Below are positions 25,225-38,805 of a stretch of DNA of 64,000 bases, piece after piece. The notes below the pieces were generated by a model, which was not told the origin of the DNA, ran no database searches, and saw nothing but the letters and a program-made list of their open reading frames with translations. The stretch spans positions 59,892,001-59,956,000 of the forward strand of contig NC_043006.1 of NCBI RefSeq assembly GCF_006345805.1. Reading direction: 5' to 3'. Origin of the DNA: Octopus sinensis. Lineage: Eukaryota. The translations under genes were made by a program, and so were the position numbers. Positions within the stretch are counted from its first letter, which is position 1, and every line of letters starts with the position of its first letter.

Positions 25225-26450
25225 TGGGTTGTCACAAAAATTCGTTTGTCTCTTTTCCATTTATTTTAATCCTTACCTTTCATAAACAGTTTTAGCAAAT
25301 CAGTCAATAATGTATCTCCCTTCACTGTTCCCAACTTCTTGCTAATATTCCACTAGCTAGACAATGCCTTAATGGGAGAACTCATTGAGTTTCGACTCAA
25401 AGACTTCCTTGAGCCACGTTTTTCGACTCCATATTGTTGTTGAACAAAACATCTTGCAAACTGTTGGAGAGTGACTGAAAAAGGTGACAATCTGAAAGCA
25501 CTATAATAAAAGAATACAGTGGGTATGGTAGAACTTCCCAACCAAGCTCTTGAACAGCATTTTTGGAGAAATTAGCAACATTGGGATGAGTGCTGCTGTG
25601 TTGAAGAAGCATGCTGTGTCACCTGTTGGGTAGTTTCTGCTGGGTTGTCTAGTTGAGTTGGTGCCTTTACTGAATGTTATGTATTGAATGTTCTTTTTGT
25701 TCTTTTACTTGTTTCAGTCATTTGACTGCGGCCATGCTGGAGCACCACCTTTAGTCAAGCAAATCGACCTCAGGACTTATTCTTTGTAAGCCTAGTACTT
25801 ATTCTATCGGTCCCCTTTGCCGAACCGCTAAGTTACGGGGACATAAACACACCAGCACCGGTTGTCAAGCGATGTTGTGGGGACAAACACAGACACACAA
25901 GCATATACATATATATACATATATACGATGGGCTCCTTGCAGTTTCCGTCTACCAAATCCACTCACAAGGCTTTGGTCGGCCCGAGGCTATAGTAGAAGA
26001 CACTTGCCCAAGGTGCCACGCAGTGGGACTGAACCCAGAACCATGTTGTTGGTAAGCAAGCTACATACCACATAGCCACCAAGCATTTTGCAGTGGATTA
26101 GTTCTTCCAAATTCCAACAAGTGCAGATCATTGTCTTCGGCTTTGTTTGAAGTATTGCATACTTGTCAAGAACTCAACTGTTCTTTCCTCTGCTTCATAC
26201 CGATGTAAAGGTACCATTTTTCATTACTGGAGATGATGTAGTAAAGAAATCTCTGTTTGTGTCCATAAGTAGCCTGGTGTTCAGCAAACAAACTGGCAGA
26301 GATAGAAGAGTGCTGGAGTTTGTCTCTTTCGTTCAGAGTGTGTGGCACCCATGCAATGAGGTATTATCTTACTCATCAAGTGAAGGTAATGGTGTCACAA
26401 GAGTATCCCATCTGCCAGGCCTATTTCCTAGTGGAGTGGCACAGATCCTC
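25225..26450 (-). mobile_element. mariner transposase pseudogene split by a SINE A (25701-26080)
   Basis: PHTL..RFLYYIISSNEKWYLY resembles WVPHEL..FLHRIVTGDEKW; ELGWEVLPYPLYS..SDCHLFQSLSN resembles WEVLPHPPYSPDLAPSDYHLF. Confidence 0.85.
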
Positions 26451-27035
26451 ACCAACACACACATACATATAACCAGAAAAAACAATTAAGAAAAAGAAAA
26501 AAACAAGGAAGACTCTAAATGGTGGTTTGACCTGTTAGAATTAGCAGCAAAATCTCACTCAAATACCACTCTATCATTTTCAAAGAAGAACACTGGATAA
26601 TGTAGTCCCAAATACACAAAGTCTAAAAATAAGTAAAGGAGGGATGGTCATGACTGGAAATCGCTTGATTATATTTTTACCAGATCATAGTGATCTGTGT
26701 CCAAAGAACAGTAACATCAATAACTCTCAAGTAGAACACCAGTATCTCATTACAAAAAAAAAATATTGCATAGTTGGGTTAAGTTTTATAGTTAGATACC
26801 ATTCTTACCATTAAGAACTCATGAAGCAACATGAAACAACAGCAAAATCATTTTTGTTTCACAATTTTTGACACAGAAACGTAATCAATGTTATGTATTC
26901 TGAACAAAGGCTGGAGTTAAGTTTGAACTTACATCTATGCCTATGTGCCTGTACTTCATCAGTACCTTAACAACTTTACAACTTTTGTATTTTAGAGAAA
27001 TAACAAAGCTAAGCCCTTAGTGGGATTTGAACTCA

Positions 27036-27308
<273 letters not shown>

Positions 27309-27414
27309 TTATTTGCTTTGGAAAGCTTGATGATAAGATGATTAGACGAAGATGTTCATGAAGGTGAAACCATTAACAGAGTGCTCTGTAGCAAAGCTTA
27401 AATTTGAAACCCTA

Positions 27415-27624
27415 CTCTCTTTTTACCCTTTTACTTGTTTCAGTCATTTGACTGTGGACATGCTGGAGCACTGCCTTTTAGTCAAGCAAATCAACCCCGG
27501 GCTTATTTTTTGTAAGCCTAGTACTTATTTTATTGGTCTCTTATGCCGAACCGCTAAGTTACGAGGACGTAAACACACCAGCATCGGTTGTCAACCGATG
27601 TTGGGGGAACAAACACAGACACAC

Positions 27625-27672
<48 letters not shown>

Positions 27673-27830
27673 GACGGGCTTCTTTCAGTTTCCGTCAACC
27701 AGATCCACTCACAAAGCTCTGGTCGGCCTGAGGCTATAATAGAAGACACTTGCCCAAGGTGCCACGTAGTGGAACTGAACCCAGAACCATGTGGTTGGTA
27801 AGCAAGCTACTTACCACACAGCCACTCCTG
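27415..27830 (-). mobile_element. SINE A copy
   Basis: Full-length match to the family. Confidence 0.9.
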
Positions 27831-30759
27831 TGTCTGTTAGCTCAGTAACAAGAAATAGGCCACAGTATATCAGGTGATCTTGGGCTGATTGTTAGCTAAT
27901 AGTATTTCAGCTACAATTGTTCAATTGTATGTGAATGGAAATTTCTATGAGTTTCTCACCAGAACAGGGCTATAAATTGAGATGCATGCCACAATTAGGC
28001 AGAGGCAACAAAGGTCTGCTGACCCCTGATTAAAAGAAATTGTTTGTCTACAATGAACATGGAATTTTCCTGAATCTCACAACATTAAGATATAGTTACA
28101 TTTTTTGCAAGCATGCAGTCATATCTCTAATCTATTATATAAAATCCGATCTGTCTGTCTGTTTGTGTGTCTTCTAGGATCTTGGGCATCCTCCATCCGA
28201 TTGTGCTCAAATTTGTTATGTAGATACCAATGGTATCAGGGCGTGTATAAGTCTTGAAAAAATTACAAAAATCGATTCCAGGTGAGAATGCGATCGATAA
28301 AGCCGTGGGAACGTGCATTTGTATGCGCAAATACATCAGCTGTTGTGATTGATACTATGCATACGTGAGAAAAATGCATGTGCAGTTTGCGCAAAAAAAG
28401 CCGGCTGGCTTGAAATAATGCCACAAAATGCAGTATATTTAAGAGATCAAAATATAAGATGCAAAAGAGACATTTTCTTCAAACTTGGTATGAAGGAAGG
28501 AAAGATGATTTGGTTTCTCAAGAAGTTTTTTTTTTTGCCTTAACTTTGTTTAACAAAACCAAATATTTTATTGAAATAAAGGCATGCTTAATTATTTTTT
28601 AATGAAAAGAAAACGGACAAGTTGTTTTGAGAAAATTTGGATTAAATGTTTGACAACTCAGCACTGTCCATTGGATGGGGGTGAGGTGGAGGTGGGGGCG
28701 TTTTGCTCGTGATAGATATTTACCAAGACTTCTGGCATAATTTACTCTTGACAAAAACCTCTGTATATTTTTTGTGTAAATAAATGATTTCATCAAAAAT
28801 GTTGAACAGGCTTGATTTCATTATAGGTAACAGCATGGAATCAAGATCATTCCTACAAGTTATTATGTACCTGTTTAATGAAGCTTCCACAACTTTGAAA
28901 TACAGGTACTACTCAGTTTTGCCAGCAACATGAAATAAAGTATCTTGCTCAAGAACACAATGCGTCACTGGAAATTGAACTCACAATCTTGCAATTGTGA
29001 GCCGAATACCTTAATCACTAAGCCATACGCCTTCACTACCAATGTAATACATCATTTGTTACAACTTCTCTAATGAACACTGTCATTTATTCCCTCTTCG
29101 TTTAATGTTCATCTTCCATGCATGGGTAGGACGGTTGACAGGAGCCAGAAAAACTACCCCAGGCTACTGTGTCAGTTTCGGCAGGAATTTTATGGCTGGA
29201 TGCCCTTCCTAACACCAACCACTCCACGGATTGAACTCATTGAACTCAGTGCTTTTTACGTGGTACTAGCACAAGCGAGGTTAGTTTTGGCATGATTTTT
29301 ACAGCTAGATGCCCTTCCAAATGCCAACCACGTTATAGTGTGGACTGGATGCTTTTAATGTGGAACCAGCAGTGGCATGGTAGCCAAGTAACTAGTATGA
29401 GAAGGAATTATGAGAGGGGCAGGGGCATTTGAGATGGGGAACTTGTGTTAGAGGATGAATGGTTAGAGTATGACAAAGAGACAGAAGCAGGTGTCTTGCC
29501 ATAACAGAGGGGGCATTTGAAGAGGTGATCCAGTGTCGAATGATGTAACAGAGAAATAGAGAAGCAGAAATAGGTGTGAGAGAGAGAGAGAGAGAGAGAG
29601 ATGATTATTTTCTCTTTCACTGTGTGTTAAAGTGCATCTGTGTATGTACATGTATAGTATCCCTTTACTCTCTTTCAGTCACCAAGCCTAGTATGTGTAC
29701 TTATGCAGCACCTCTTATGTCTACTTTTTCTGTATTTCACGTTCACTCTCCCACTCTTTCAATATGATGTAAAGCATCACTGCAGAAATCAATCAATAAA
29801 GGCATCTGTGCCAGTGACATGTTAGAGGCACCTGTGCCAGTGACATGTGAGAGGTACCTATGCTGGTGACACGTAAAAGGCTCACATACCAGTGACACAT
29901 TAAAGGCACCTGTGCTGATGATATGTAAAAGGCACCTGATACACTCTGTAGAGTGGTTGGCGCTAGGAAGCGCATCCAGCCATAGAAACCAAGCCAAAAC
30001 TGACTGGGGCCTGGTGCAGCTCTCTGGCTTACAATCGCCAGTTAAATCATCTCACCCAGTGCTTCTCAAACTATCTGATGTGGCGTACTGGCAGTTTCTT
30101 TTTTCCAATGTGCCAGAGAATGGTAATATTTCTTAGTAATATTAATTTATACTGGAAGCAATATATATAATAAATATAATAAAAGTTGACAACTTTTTTT
30201 ATCGCATATTTATTTGTAAACAAATCATCACCATCATCATCGTCGTCGTTTAATGTCTGCTTTCCATGCTAGCATGGGTTGGACGATTTGACTGGGGACT
30301 GGTGAACCAGATGGCTGCACCAGGCTCCAATCTTGATTTGGCAGAGTTTCTACAGCTGGATGACCTTCCTAACACCAACCATTCTGAGAGTGTAGTGGGT
30401 GCTTTTACATGCCACCGGCACAAGGGGCCAGTCAGGTGGTACTGGCAACGGTCACGGAAAATCGTGTTTTTTTTTTTTTTTAGTACAATATTACATAAAC
30501 ATTTTATAAGCATTTTATAATGTTTCTTTTCTGGAAACTTGCCGCATACTGGCACCAGTCTGTGGACCACCACTTTGAGTAGCACTAATCTAACCCATGC
30601 CAGCATGGAAAATGGACGTATGATGATGATGACGATAATTTTACAGAGATTTCTGCACCCATTGTTACTGTTCCTTTGCAGTGAAAGAAATGAAAACAGT
30701 TTACAGAGCAAGAACTTCTTTTAGGCAGAGTCAGAGTGGCTAAACGAGATGTCACTTAC

Positions 30760-30978
30760 TTTTAATCCACACTGACACATCCAAAGCTCTTGCAGGTTGG
30801 GCAGTTGACGTAGTCCATGTGTGCAATCAATGCATTGCTGTATGATGACCAGTCGTTGAAGGTTCGGGAAATGGTGAAATCCTTGAATGTTTGTCAAACC
30901 CGAGAAAAACATCTCCAGCTCATGTACGTATTTTCCTTCTTCCCTGACATTTGCATATGACAACCCATTGGCAGTGCA
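30760..30978 (-). CDS. LRRC9: LRRC9-like coding exon 2 (CTANGLSY...LEMFFSG...QCGLK, 73 aa)
   Basis: ttttttcAG acceptor, GTAAGT donor, 219 nt. NGLSY and LEMFF motifs match recalled LRRC9; LRR pattern. Confidence 0.9.
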
Positions 30979-31072
30979 CTGAAAAAACCCATACATACGT
31001 GGGAAGGATAGAGAGATAGAAAAAACGTATAAAGAAAAAGAGAGAGATGAGAAAACTGTTAAATATATTTAA

Positions 31073-31325
31073 CCCTTTAGCATTCAAACTGGCAATATCC
31101 AGCTAAAATATTCAATCTCTTTATGTCCAAACCGGTCAGATCTGGCATCTCAGACCTATCCTGCAATGTCATTCTAAAAATAAACAATCAGGTGCAGGAG
31201 TGGCTGTGTGGTAAGTAGCTTGCTTACCAACCACATGGTTTTGGGTTCAGTCCCACTATAGCCTCGGGCCGACCAAAGTCTTGTGAGTGGATTTGGTAGA
31301 CGGAAACTGAAAGAAGCTTGTTGTA

Positions 31326-31408
<83 letters not shown>

Positions 31409-32151
31409 GTGTGTGTGTGTGTGTGTGTCTGTGTTTGTCCTCCCAACATCGCTTGACAACCGATGCTGGTGTGCTTATGTCCCTGTAACTTAGCGGTTCG
31501 GCAAAAGAGACCGATAGAATAAGTACTAGGCTTACAAAGAATTAGTCCTGAGGTCAATTTGCTCGACTAAAGGCGGTGCTCCAGCATGGCCACAGTCAAA
31601 TGACTGAAACAAGAGTAAAAGAGAGTAAAGAGTAATCACATCACAGAAATCTTGAAGCAATAAGATAATGCATGATTAATTCAAAACAATTTGAATGAAT
31701 CTTCATCATCGTTTAGCGTCCGTTTTCCATGCTAGCATGGGTTGGACGGTTCAACTGGGGTCTGTGAAGCCGGAAAGCTTCATCAGGCCCAGTCAGATCT
31801 GGCAGTGTTTCTACAGCTGGATGCCCTTCCTAACGCCAACCACTCCGTGAGTGTAGTGGGTGCTTTTTACGTGCCACCCGCACAGGTGCCAGATAGAGCT
31901 GGCTAACGGCCACGAACGGATGGTGCTTTTTACGTGCCACCGGCACGAGGCCAGTCAGGGCGGCGCTGGCAACGGTCACGAACGGATGGTTCTCTTACAT
32001 GCCACCAGCACTGGTAACTCATCTGCAATTTCCATTGATTGATTTCGATTCTGATCCTCACTTGCCTCAACAGGTCTTCACAAGTAGAGTTTTGTGTCCC
32101 AAGAAGGGAAGGTATGCATACGTAGGCTATAATAGTCTGAATGTTAATGGG
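31073..32151. mobile_element. piggyBac-type MITE containing a nested SINE A (31191-31633, +) and an RTE tail (31703-32125, -)
   Basis: TTAA|CCCTTTAGCATTCA ... TGAATGTTAATGGG|TTAA. Confidence 0.75.
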
Positions 32152-33058
32152 TTAATACTTTTTTAAAATCACATGTACACACACACAAGTTTCAATTTAT
32201 ATATTAGGTGGAATGAAGTGGGATGCGAACAAAATATTCGATTCGTCATCATTGTTCTTTTAATGTTCATTTTTTTCCATTACTTGCTTGGAAGAAAGAA
32301 GTGGGCATAGTGCATGAGCAGAGTGAGAGATGTATGGTGGAGGAGGAGGAGGAGAGATAATTTGTTGGCTCAGTGGGGATTGGTGGGAGCCACACGGTGA
32401 TGGAATGATAAGGTTGATGAACAATAAATGCATTAGCATGGCCGCAGCTCTGAGCTGAAACTAGAGAGAAGAAAAAAAGAAAAAAAAAATATATACCCAG
32501 GCTTATTCCCCATTTGTTTTTTTGTAGGAGGGGGTGGCCACAAGACACATCAGGCATTCCTGCATGGTGTAAAAGGCGACTAAAAGGGGCAGGAGTGAGG
32601 GGATAGGGAATCCGCTCCTCCTAGTAAATCCATATTCCTAAAAAGATGGCAAGAAAAATATACATACATGTACATTTAATCTCATATATGAAACCATTAA
32701 CTAACCACATATATATATGCACACACGCAGGGCTGACTTTAAGTCAATTAGACAGATCTGTTCAAACTAGGCACTGTGCCAAGAGAGGGCCCTGTGTTAA
32801 GAGGGGGCTTCATGCACAAGCTTGGAGGATGCTGTGATGAATTTTTAACCTATCATTGTGGCTAATGGTGGAGCCTCAAGCCCTCAACGCTTTTTGGCTG
32901 AGACTGGTGTACGACATGAAGAATAAAACAGCAATCTTCAGCTTTTGTAGAGTAAAGGGCCCCACTGACAATTCTCTAATTGGGTCCCGCTTCCTAGTGC
33001 TGGCCCTTCACACACATACACACAGATAACAGAAACTGGTAACACAAGAATTTCTTAC

Positions 33059-33103
33059 CACCTCCTCAAGTTGATGCTCCTCTTTGTAATTCTTCGTGTC
33101 CAT
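33059..33103 (-). CDS. LRRC9: LRRC9-like coding exon 1 (MDTKNYKEEHQLEEV)
   Basis: ATG at 33103, 15 codons, then GTAAGA donor. Joins in phase 0 to the CTANGLSY exon, like the vertebrate LRRC9 N-terminus as recalled (..EEIIKELCLCNGLSY). Polypyrimidine-TAG acceptor at 33156-33170. Confidence 0.75.
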
Positions 33104-33285
33104 TATTTGTCAGATAGTATGAAACTATCAGAGGTATTCAGTTACCTTTGGAACTCTACAAGACAAAAGATAGAATGGCAGAGAAGAGAACCAAATATGT
33201 TTTTGTATTTAATCACAATGTGTATTTAAAATATTCTGAATGAAACTTCTGTCAAAGTCGATTCCTATTTTCACCCTTCCTTGAA

Positions 33286-33715
33286 TTGTTGTTGTTGGCA
33301 TCCTTTTGTCTCGGGAGACAATGGAGTTGCACATAAACTAATCCAGTCTGGTTTTTACATTTCATGTCCTGTCCAGTCTTGTGCAGGCCTGGGCTAGATG
33401 TAAGAAAATCCTGGGCAGCCCAATCGTCAGGATTCCTCTCTTGACCTTGCTGATGTAATCCAAAGGAGTGCAGAGCATTATGTTTGGCACCAGCTTGGTT
33501 GCAGGAGCTGCCAGAAGAGTGTCAAGTTGAACATTAAACCGCCTACGGGGCTCCACTCTGGATTTCTTTGATGGTTGTTTCCTTTCTATAACCCTGGATA
33601 GGGGCCCATACCGAGTACTGTCAGCAGGAGCCAGATGAGCCAGGGACTCGTGTCAGGCAGAGTCGTCACTCCCTGAATTAGTGAAGAAAATCGCTACCCA
33701 CTACCTCCCTTGAGT
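33286..33715 (-). mobile_element. Internally deleted RTE/BovB-like non-autonomous element
   Basis: 3' end CCATTGTCTCCCGAGACAAAAGGATGCC(AAC)n resembles RTE tails as recalled; no ORF. Confidence 0.45.
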
Positions 33716-34827
33716 ATAATAGTTGTAACTGTTTAGCTGAAGTTACAATGTTTGAGGAGATCTATGACCAAAGATACTCCTGCTGTGGCCATTTTTATAT
33801 TTATTTCAATTACAGTGCATTTAGAACTACATCATCCAAAGTCTCCAGTCTTATTTGTAAAATGGCACACTGTAATTTGAGGGAAATTGGACTGTTAATT
33901 CCAACAGGTCAAGCAACCACACCAAAGCTCCTCTTATTATCGAAGAAGTAAAAGCCACTCATACGGTCAATCGAACTGTCGAATCAGTGGTATTCCACCA
34001 TACATAATAATTTCATTGAACGTTAGATGGAATACTTGTGGTATTTGTTTTGATTCTTTGCACCCCGAGTTGAAATCCTGCCAAGGAGAGCTTTGCCTCT
34101 ATATGGTCTTTTGAAGTATCAAAAATAGTAAGGTATTAAGTTAGGAAAAGACACACCGGTCGTGACTTTTGATTCTCGGTTTGCTTGATGAGAAATGACC
34201 AGGGCTTAAACAACAACAACGACGACTATAATAATCATAATGCTATCTCACATAAATACAAGACCATATATTTTTTTGGCGGAGGGGCAAAGTCGATGAA
34301 ATCGCTGTAGTAATAATCAATCCCAGCAACGTAAAAACCGAAGTAGATATAGGTGAGCTTTCAACTGTGAATGTAAAGGGGGTACAACTGAGATTTCGAC
34401 TGTGAATGTAAAAGGACACAACATCTTGTACAATTTTCTCCTCAAATGTCAAATATAAATAACTTGTTGAGCCAACAAGGGAGTTACTATATGGTCGCTA
34501 GACCTACTAGAAAGAGCAGTAAAATACCCCTCAAAAACATCTCACCGTTTTAGAAAGAGACATGTCAGATAACGAGGTTCTGGGTTCATGGTACATATGG
34601 TGGTAGTTAAAGTAAATAATACCGTGTATCACAAGTTTTTTTAAACAACAACAACAATATATGTCCACCACTACCAACTTTTAACAAAGTAGAGAAGAAC
34701 CGTGATTAATTTAATCGACTCGTACTTTATGTTACCAACTCCCGAAGTACGGAAGGCAAAGATTAGCCTAACTACCTTCTAATGCTTTATACAAACAACA
34801 ACAATAAACAATAAAAGTATTTCTTAC

Positions 34828-34857
34828 GTAGCATGGTGTCGCTTGATTTGTAACAGC

Positions 34858-34858
<1 letters not shown>
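34828..34858 (-). other. Putative 5' UTR exon of the LRRC9-like gene (5' boundary unknown)
   Basis: GTAAGA donor at 34827-34822, upstream of the unpaired acceptor at 33156 and next to the X-box cluster. Confidence 0.45.
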
Positions 34859-34998
<140 letters not shown>

Positions 34999-35085
34999 GT
35001 AAATTAGCGAGAACAGTAGTAGAAAATAGTTATGATGTGACTTTCGTTGTATTAATTTTAAAAGCGTTAGGTCTATAAGCCATAC

Positions 35086-35366
35086 GTTGCTACATAACAG
35101 CGGACTGAATTGAAGTAGGATTTATAAACGTAGGGAAATAAGATGTTGCAACGTTCATGCCTTGACCAGAGCTGCCATTATTATTATTACTACTACTACT
35201 ATTAGCTGTGATAAACAGGTTTTTCTTATAGTTTTCCGGCAAGTGTTAAGCGAATATATATTTGAATTAGTTACAGCCACGAGTAACTGAAATCGCTGCT
35301 TTTGATTGGATAATTAGTAGTCATAGCAACAAGCCAAAACATATGCCAGTAGTTGTCCTTAACAAC
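35086..35366. promoter_or_regulatory. Candidate bidirectional promoter with RFX X-box-like motifs and an inverted CCAAT box
   Basis: GTTGCTACATAAC 35086-35098, GTAGTCATAGCAAC 35317-35330, GTTGTCCTTAACAAC 35352-35366, ATTGG ~35305. Lies between the divergent LRRC9 and TBCA-like starts. Confidence 0.6.
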
Positions 35367-35834
35367 GTTAAAGAGAGAGACAGAGAGATACATATAAAGA
35401 GAAATGGATAGATAGAAAGTAAGAGACGAAAGAGAATGTATGTCAGAGGAAGGGAGAGAGAGAGAAAGCCAGGAAGACTTAATGGACGGACATTCTAACT
35501 TGGAAAGAAAAGCTGCCGCATCGCCAAACTAGTTTTAATTTTTCAAAAAAAGTTTAAAACCAGGCTGTTAGTAAGCTTTCCTTTCGACTATAAAATATTT
35601 AAAATATTTTATAATACATTTGTTTAAAGAGATCCTAATTTATCAAAGAAACTTGAAAACAACAAAAAAACAGTAAAGCGCTTTAGTATTATAAAAGCGA
35701 AAATATAAAATATACCACAAATAACTAAAGCAAAAAATAAGAAAAAAAAAACAGAAAAATAACTTTAAAATTTTACAGCGGAAACAAAGAGAATAATTGT
35801 AAAAGATAAAAAAAAAGAGAATAAATACCCCACA

Positions 35835-36170
35835 ATGAACAGTGACATCGTAAAGGAATTAGAGGTTAAAGCCGGTGTTTTACAGCAATTCATCCATGAA
35901 AAATCATCCTACGAAGTTGAACTCAAACAAGATATGCAGAGACTTGACAAAATGAAAGAAACGAACGAAGATGAACGTGACATTGCCGAACAAGAAGACA
36001 TGATGCGTGAGGCGAAAAATATGATATTCCAAACCATGCAAAGATTGGAGGTGGCTTACGATGATTTGAAAACCTTCCATGATAAAGTTCAACAAGAACT
36101 CAGTGAAATTCCGTCCTTTTTGGCTGCTCAAGAAGTTCTCTTGTCTGCCCAAAAGATTCTAAATCATTAA
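35835..36170 (+). CDS. TBCA: Intronless, divergent tubulin-specific chaperone A (cofactor A/Rbl2 family)-like protein, 111 aa
   Basis: Intact ORF with ACA-ATG context. The pattern VKELEVKAGV..EKSSYEVE..KMK..DI..Q..EAKNMI..RLEVAY.DL aligns with recalled TBCA (IKIKTGVVKRLVKEKVMYEKE...ESRMMIPDCQRRLEAAYLDL). Confidence 0.8.
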   Translation: MNSDIVKELEVKAGVLQQFIHEKSSYEVELKQDMQRLDKMKETNEDERDIAEQEDMMREAKNMIFQTMQRLEVAYDDLKTFHDKVQQELSEIPSFLAAQEVLLSAQKILNH

Positions 36171-36969
36171 TATATGAAATATGAGGGCGAAGAGATACGA
36201 CAGTGTTATTAAGTTGTTATGAATTAAGTAATGGATTGATTAGATTGTTCAGTCAATAAGCTAATGTCACCGTTTTGTTGTTATTGTTGTTTTGTTTATC
36301 CACACATCTCCACTGCCCCACACCGCCTCAAGTCGGCTCTGATTAAACAGACAGACACGAACATAAAAGGGTATTCCAGCTAGGATCATCACATCTTTTT
36401 TTTTTTTTTTTTTTTTTTTTTGTCGCCAGGTATATTCAGGATATTCCCTATGTTCTTTCGGAAGATGACAGGGGGAACTTTCTGAAAGAATGGCTTACTC
36501 TTTCTTGCAGGCCGATCCACAACATAAAGGCGCTATCTATGGTTCGTTTCACTGTTTTGTGTGTATGTATGTGGAGGAGTTTGTTTGGTTTCTATCGATT
36601 GCAGATTGGAGATTATCTCTCTATATATAAACGGCAAAATGTCTGTTTGTGTGTTTGTGTGTGTATCCTTTATACAAATCCACAATTTTTCAGTTAGATG
36701 GCTCGCACTTTCTATGGTCATTCAAAACCGTCCAAGGGTGGTCGTGCACATCTTTACATTTCCCCAATCACCCTGCAAAGCCATTAAAAAATCAATAGAA
36801 GTGACTTTTTTGTGAATTTTCTATCCAAAACCCAATCAAAATGCCCGAAACTTGATATGCCAATTGAATGCCAGCTCGCTGTATGTGATTAGTTGGCGAT
36901 TTGGACAGTACTCGCGTGTATGTGCGCACGCACGCAGCTGTATATGCATGCACTACCACGGGTCATAGT

Positions 36970-38480
36970 GCTCATTAGCTCTTTCTTTCGGGGTCGATGA
37001 AATAAGTACCGGTTGAGTACTGGAGTAGATGTCATAGATACCCCTGCACCTCAAAATTACTGACCTTGTACCAAAATCAGAAAGAATTATTATTGTTAAG
37101 ACATCGAGAAAAGGCGGCGAGCTGGCAGAATCGTTACCGCGCCGGGGAAAATGGTTAGCGACATTTTTTCCGACTTTGTTCTGAGATCAAATGCCACCGG
37201 CGTCAATGAAATAAGTACCAGTTGAATATTGGGGTAGATGTAATCGACATGCACCCTCTCCCACAATTGCTGATCTTGTACCAAAAGTTGAAACCATTAT
37301 GAAGACCGGGGTGTGTGTGACACAATTGTTAACACGTCAGGCAGCATGCTTTACAGCATTTCTTCCGGTTCTTTCCGTGCTGAACAAAAATCCTGCCGAG
37401 GTCACATTTGCCTTTTAAACCTTCAGGGTCGATAAAGCAAAGTATTAGTCGAGTACTGGGGGCGATTTAACCAACTTGCCACCGCCTCTCAGAATTGCTG
37501 GCCTTGTGCCAAAAATTGAAACATGATTGTTATTATTATTAACAAAATGCCTTGTGATATTTAGTTACGTTCCTTTACCATTTGATTGCTATCGAATTTA
37601 CTTGATAACTTTTTCCAGAAGATTAAACAAAATACCAGTTAAATGTTCTGGTTGATACGATCAGTGGATTGAAACAAATGTTAGTGCACCTTGCAGTAGC
37701 TCTTTCGTTCAGAGTTCGAATTTCGTCGAGGCCTATTTTTCTTTTCTTCTTTCCAGGGTCGATAAAGTAAAGTATCAGTCAAATGCTGTGTTCGATGTAA
37801 TCAGCTTTCTCCTTCCCTCAAAACAGCTGGCCTTGTGTCTAAATTAGAAATTATTATTCACAAAATACTTCGCAGGGGTTAGTCACGTCCCTTTAGGTTC
37901 TGATTTAAAATTCCAGCGTGGATGACTTAGCTATTCTCTAGCGGATAAAATAAAGTACTAGTTAAATACTCGGGTCGATATGATTGGGAGAGTGGTGAAA
38001 GCATTGGTCAGAATGCAGTCCCTTCCGTTCTGACTTCAAACCCCGTTGATGTCACCTCGCCTTTCAGCCTTCCGCAAATCTGGTTGGTTTGATATCCCTA
38101 CAAAGGATCCTGGTTCTGAATGGAATTATAGCGAAAGACGAAAAATTTCACCTTTTCCCAAAAGATAAAATAAGGTGCAGATCAGGTACTGAAGTCGAAA
38201 TAATTGATCCCCACCTACAATTTTTAGCTTTGTGCCTAATCTGAAATCATTATCATCATTATTATAATTAAGTAGAGAACGTGCAGAGTCGGTAAGCGCA
38301 TCGGAAATATGCTTAATGGTATTTCTTTCGCTTTCCTACGTTCAAAGTTGAAACCAGCTGAGGTCGACTTTGCCTTTCATCTTCTCGAGGTCGATGAAAT
38401 AAGTACTAGTTGAGGACTGGGGCCGATGTATTCAACTTAACCTCTCTCTTAAAACTGCTCGCCTTGTGACAAAACTTGAA
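36970..38480 (+). mobile_element. Dense cluster of decayed SINE B copies
   Basis: At least six repeats of the GGGGTCGAT(A/G)AAATAAGTAC core, all in one orientation. Confidence 0.75.
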
Positions 38481-38805
38481 ATGTCTGCGGTGGGGTATAC
38501 AATATTATTTTCTTCTGTCAGGAACTATTCTTCCATCCATCCATTTTGCCGCCCACTATTCCTGGAAGAGTGGTGGGTAGAGTTCTCAGGTACCTCCTCT
38601 AATGGGGTTTATCAGAAACAGGCGTCATTAAAAGTTCCTGATGGATTCCCAAGCGTGACAAGCTACGACTCTGGATATTATACAACCATCTTGTTCTTGG
38701 TCTGCTTTCAGGTTTCATGCCGGTTGGCTTAGCTTGAAGAATCTCTCTTGAGATCCTTTTTTGCGGCATGCTAATCACATGTCAGGAACTATAAAAGAAC
38801 ACATC

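Noticed and set aside
32557-32596. GTAAAAGGCGACTAAAAGGGG motif as an HDV-like ribozyme 3' part
   Set aside because: Could not identify P1, P2 or P3 partners upstream.
36395-36421. Poly-T run as the retrocopy tail of the TBCA-like gene
   Set aside because: Wrong strand for a poly-A tail of a plus-strand gene, and no TSD seen, so retro-origin remains inference.
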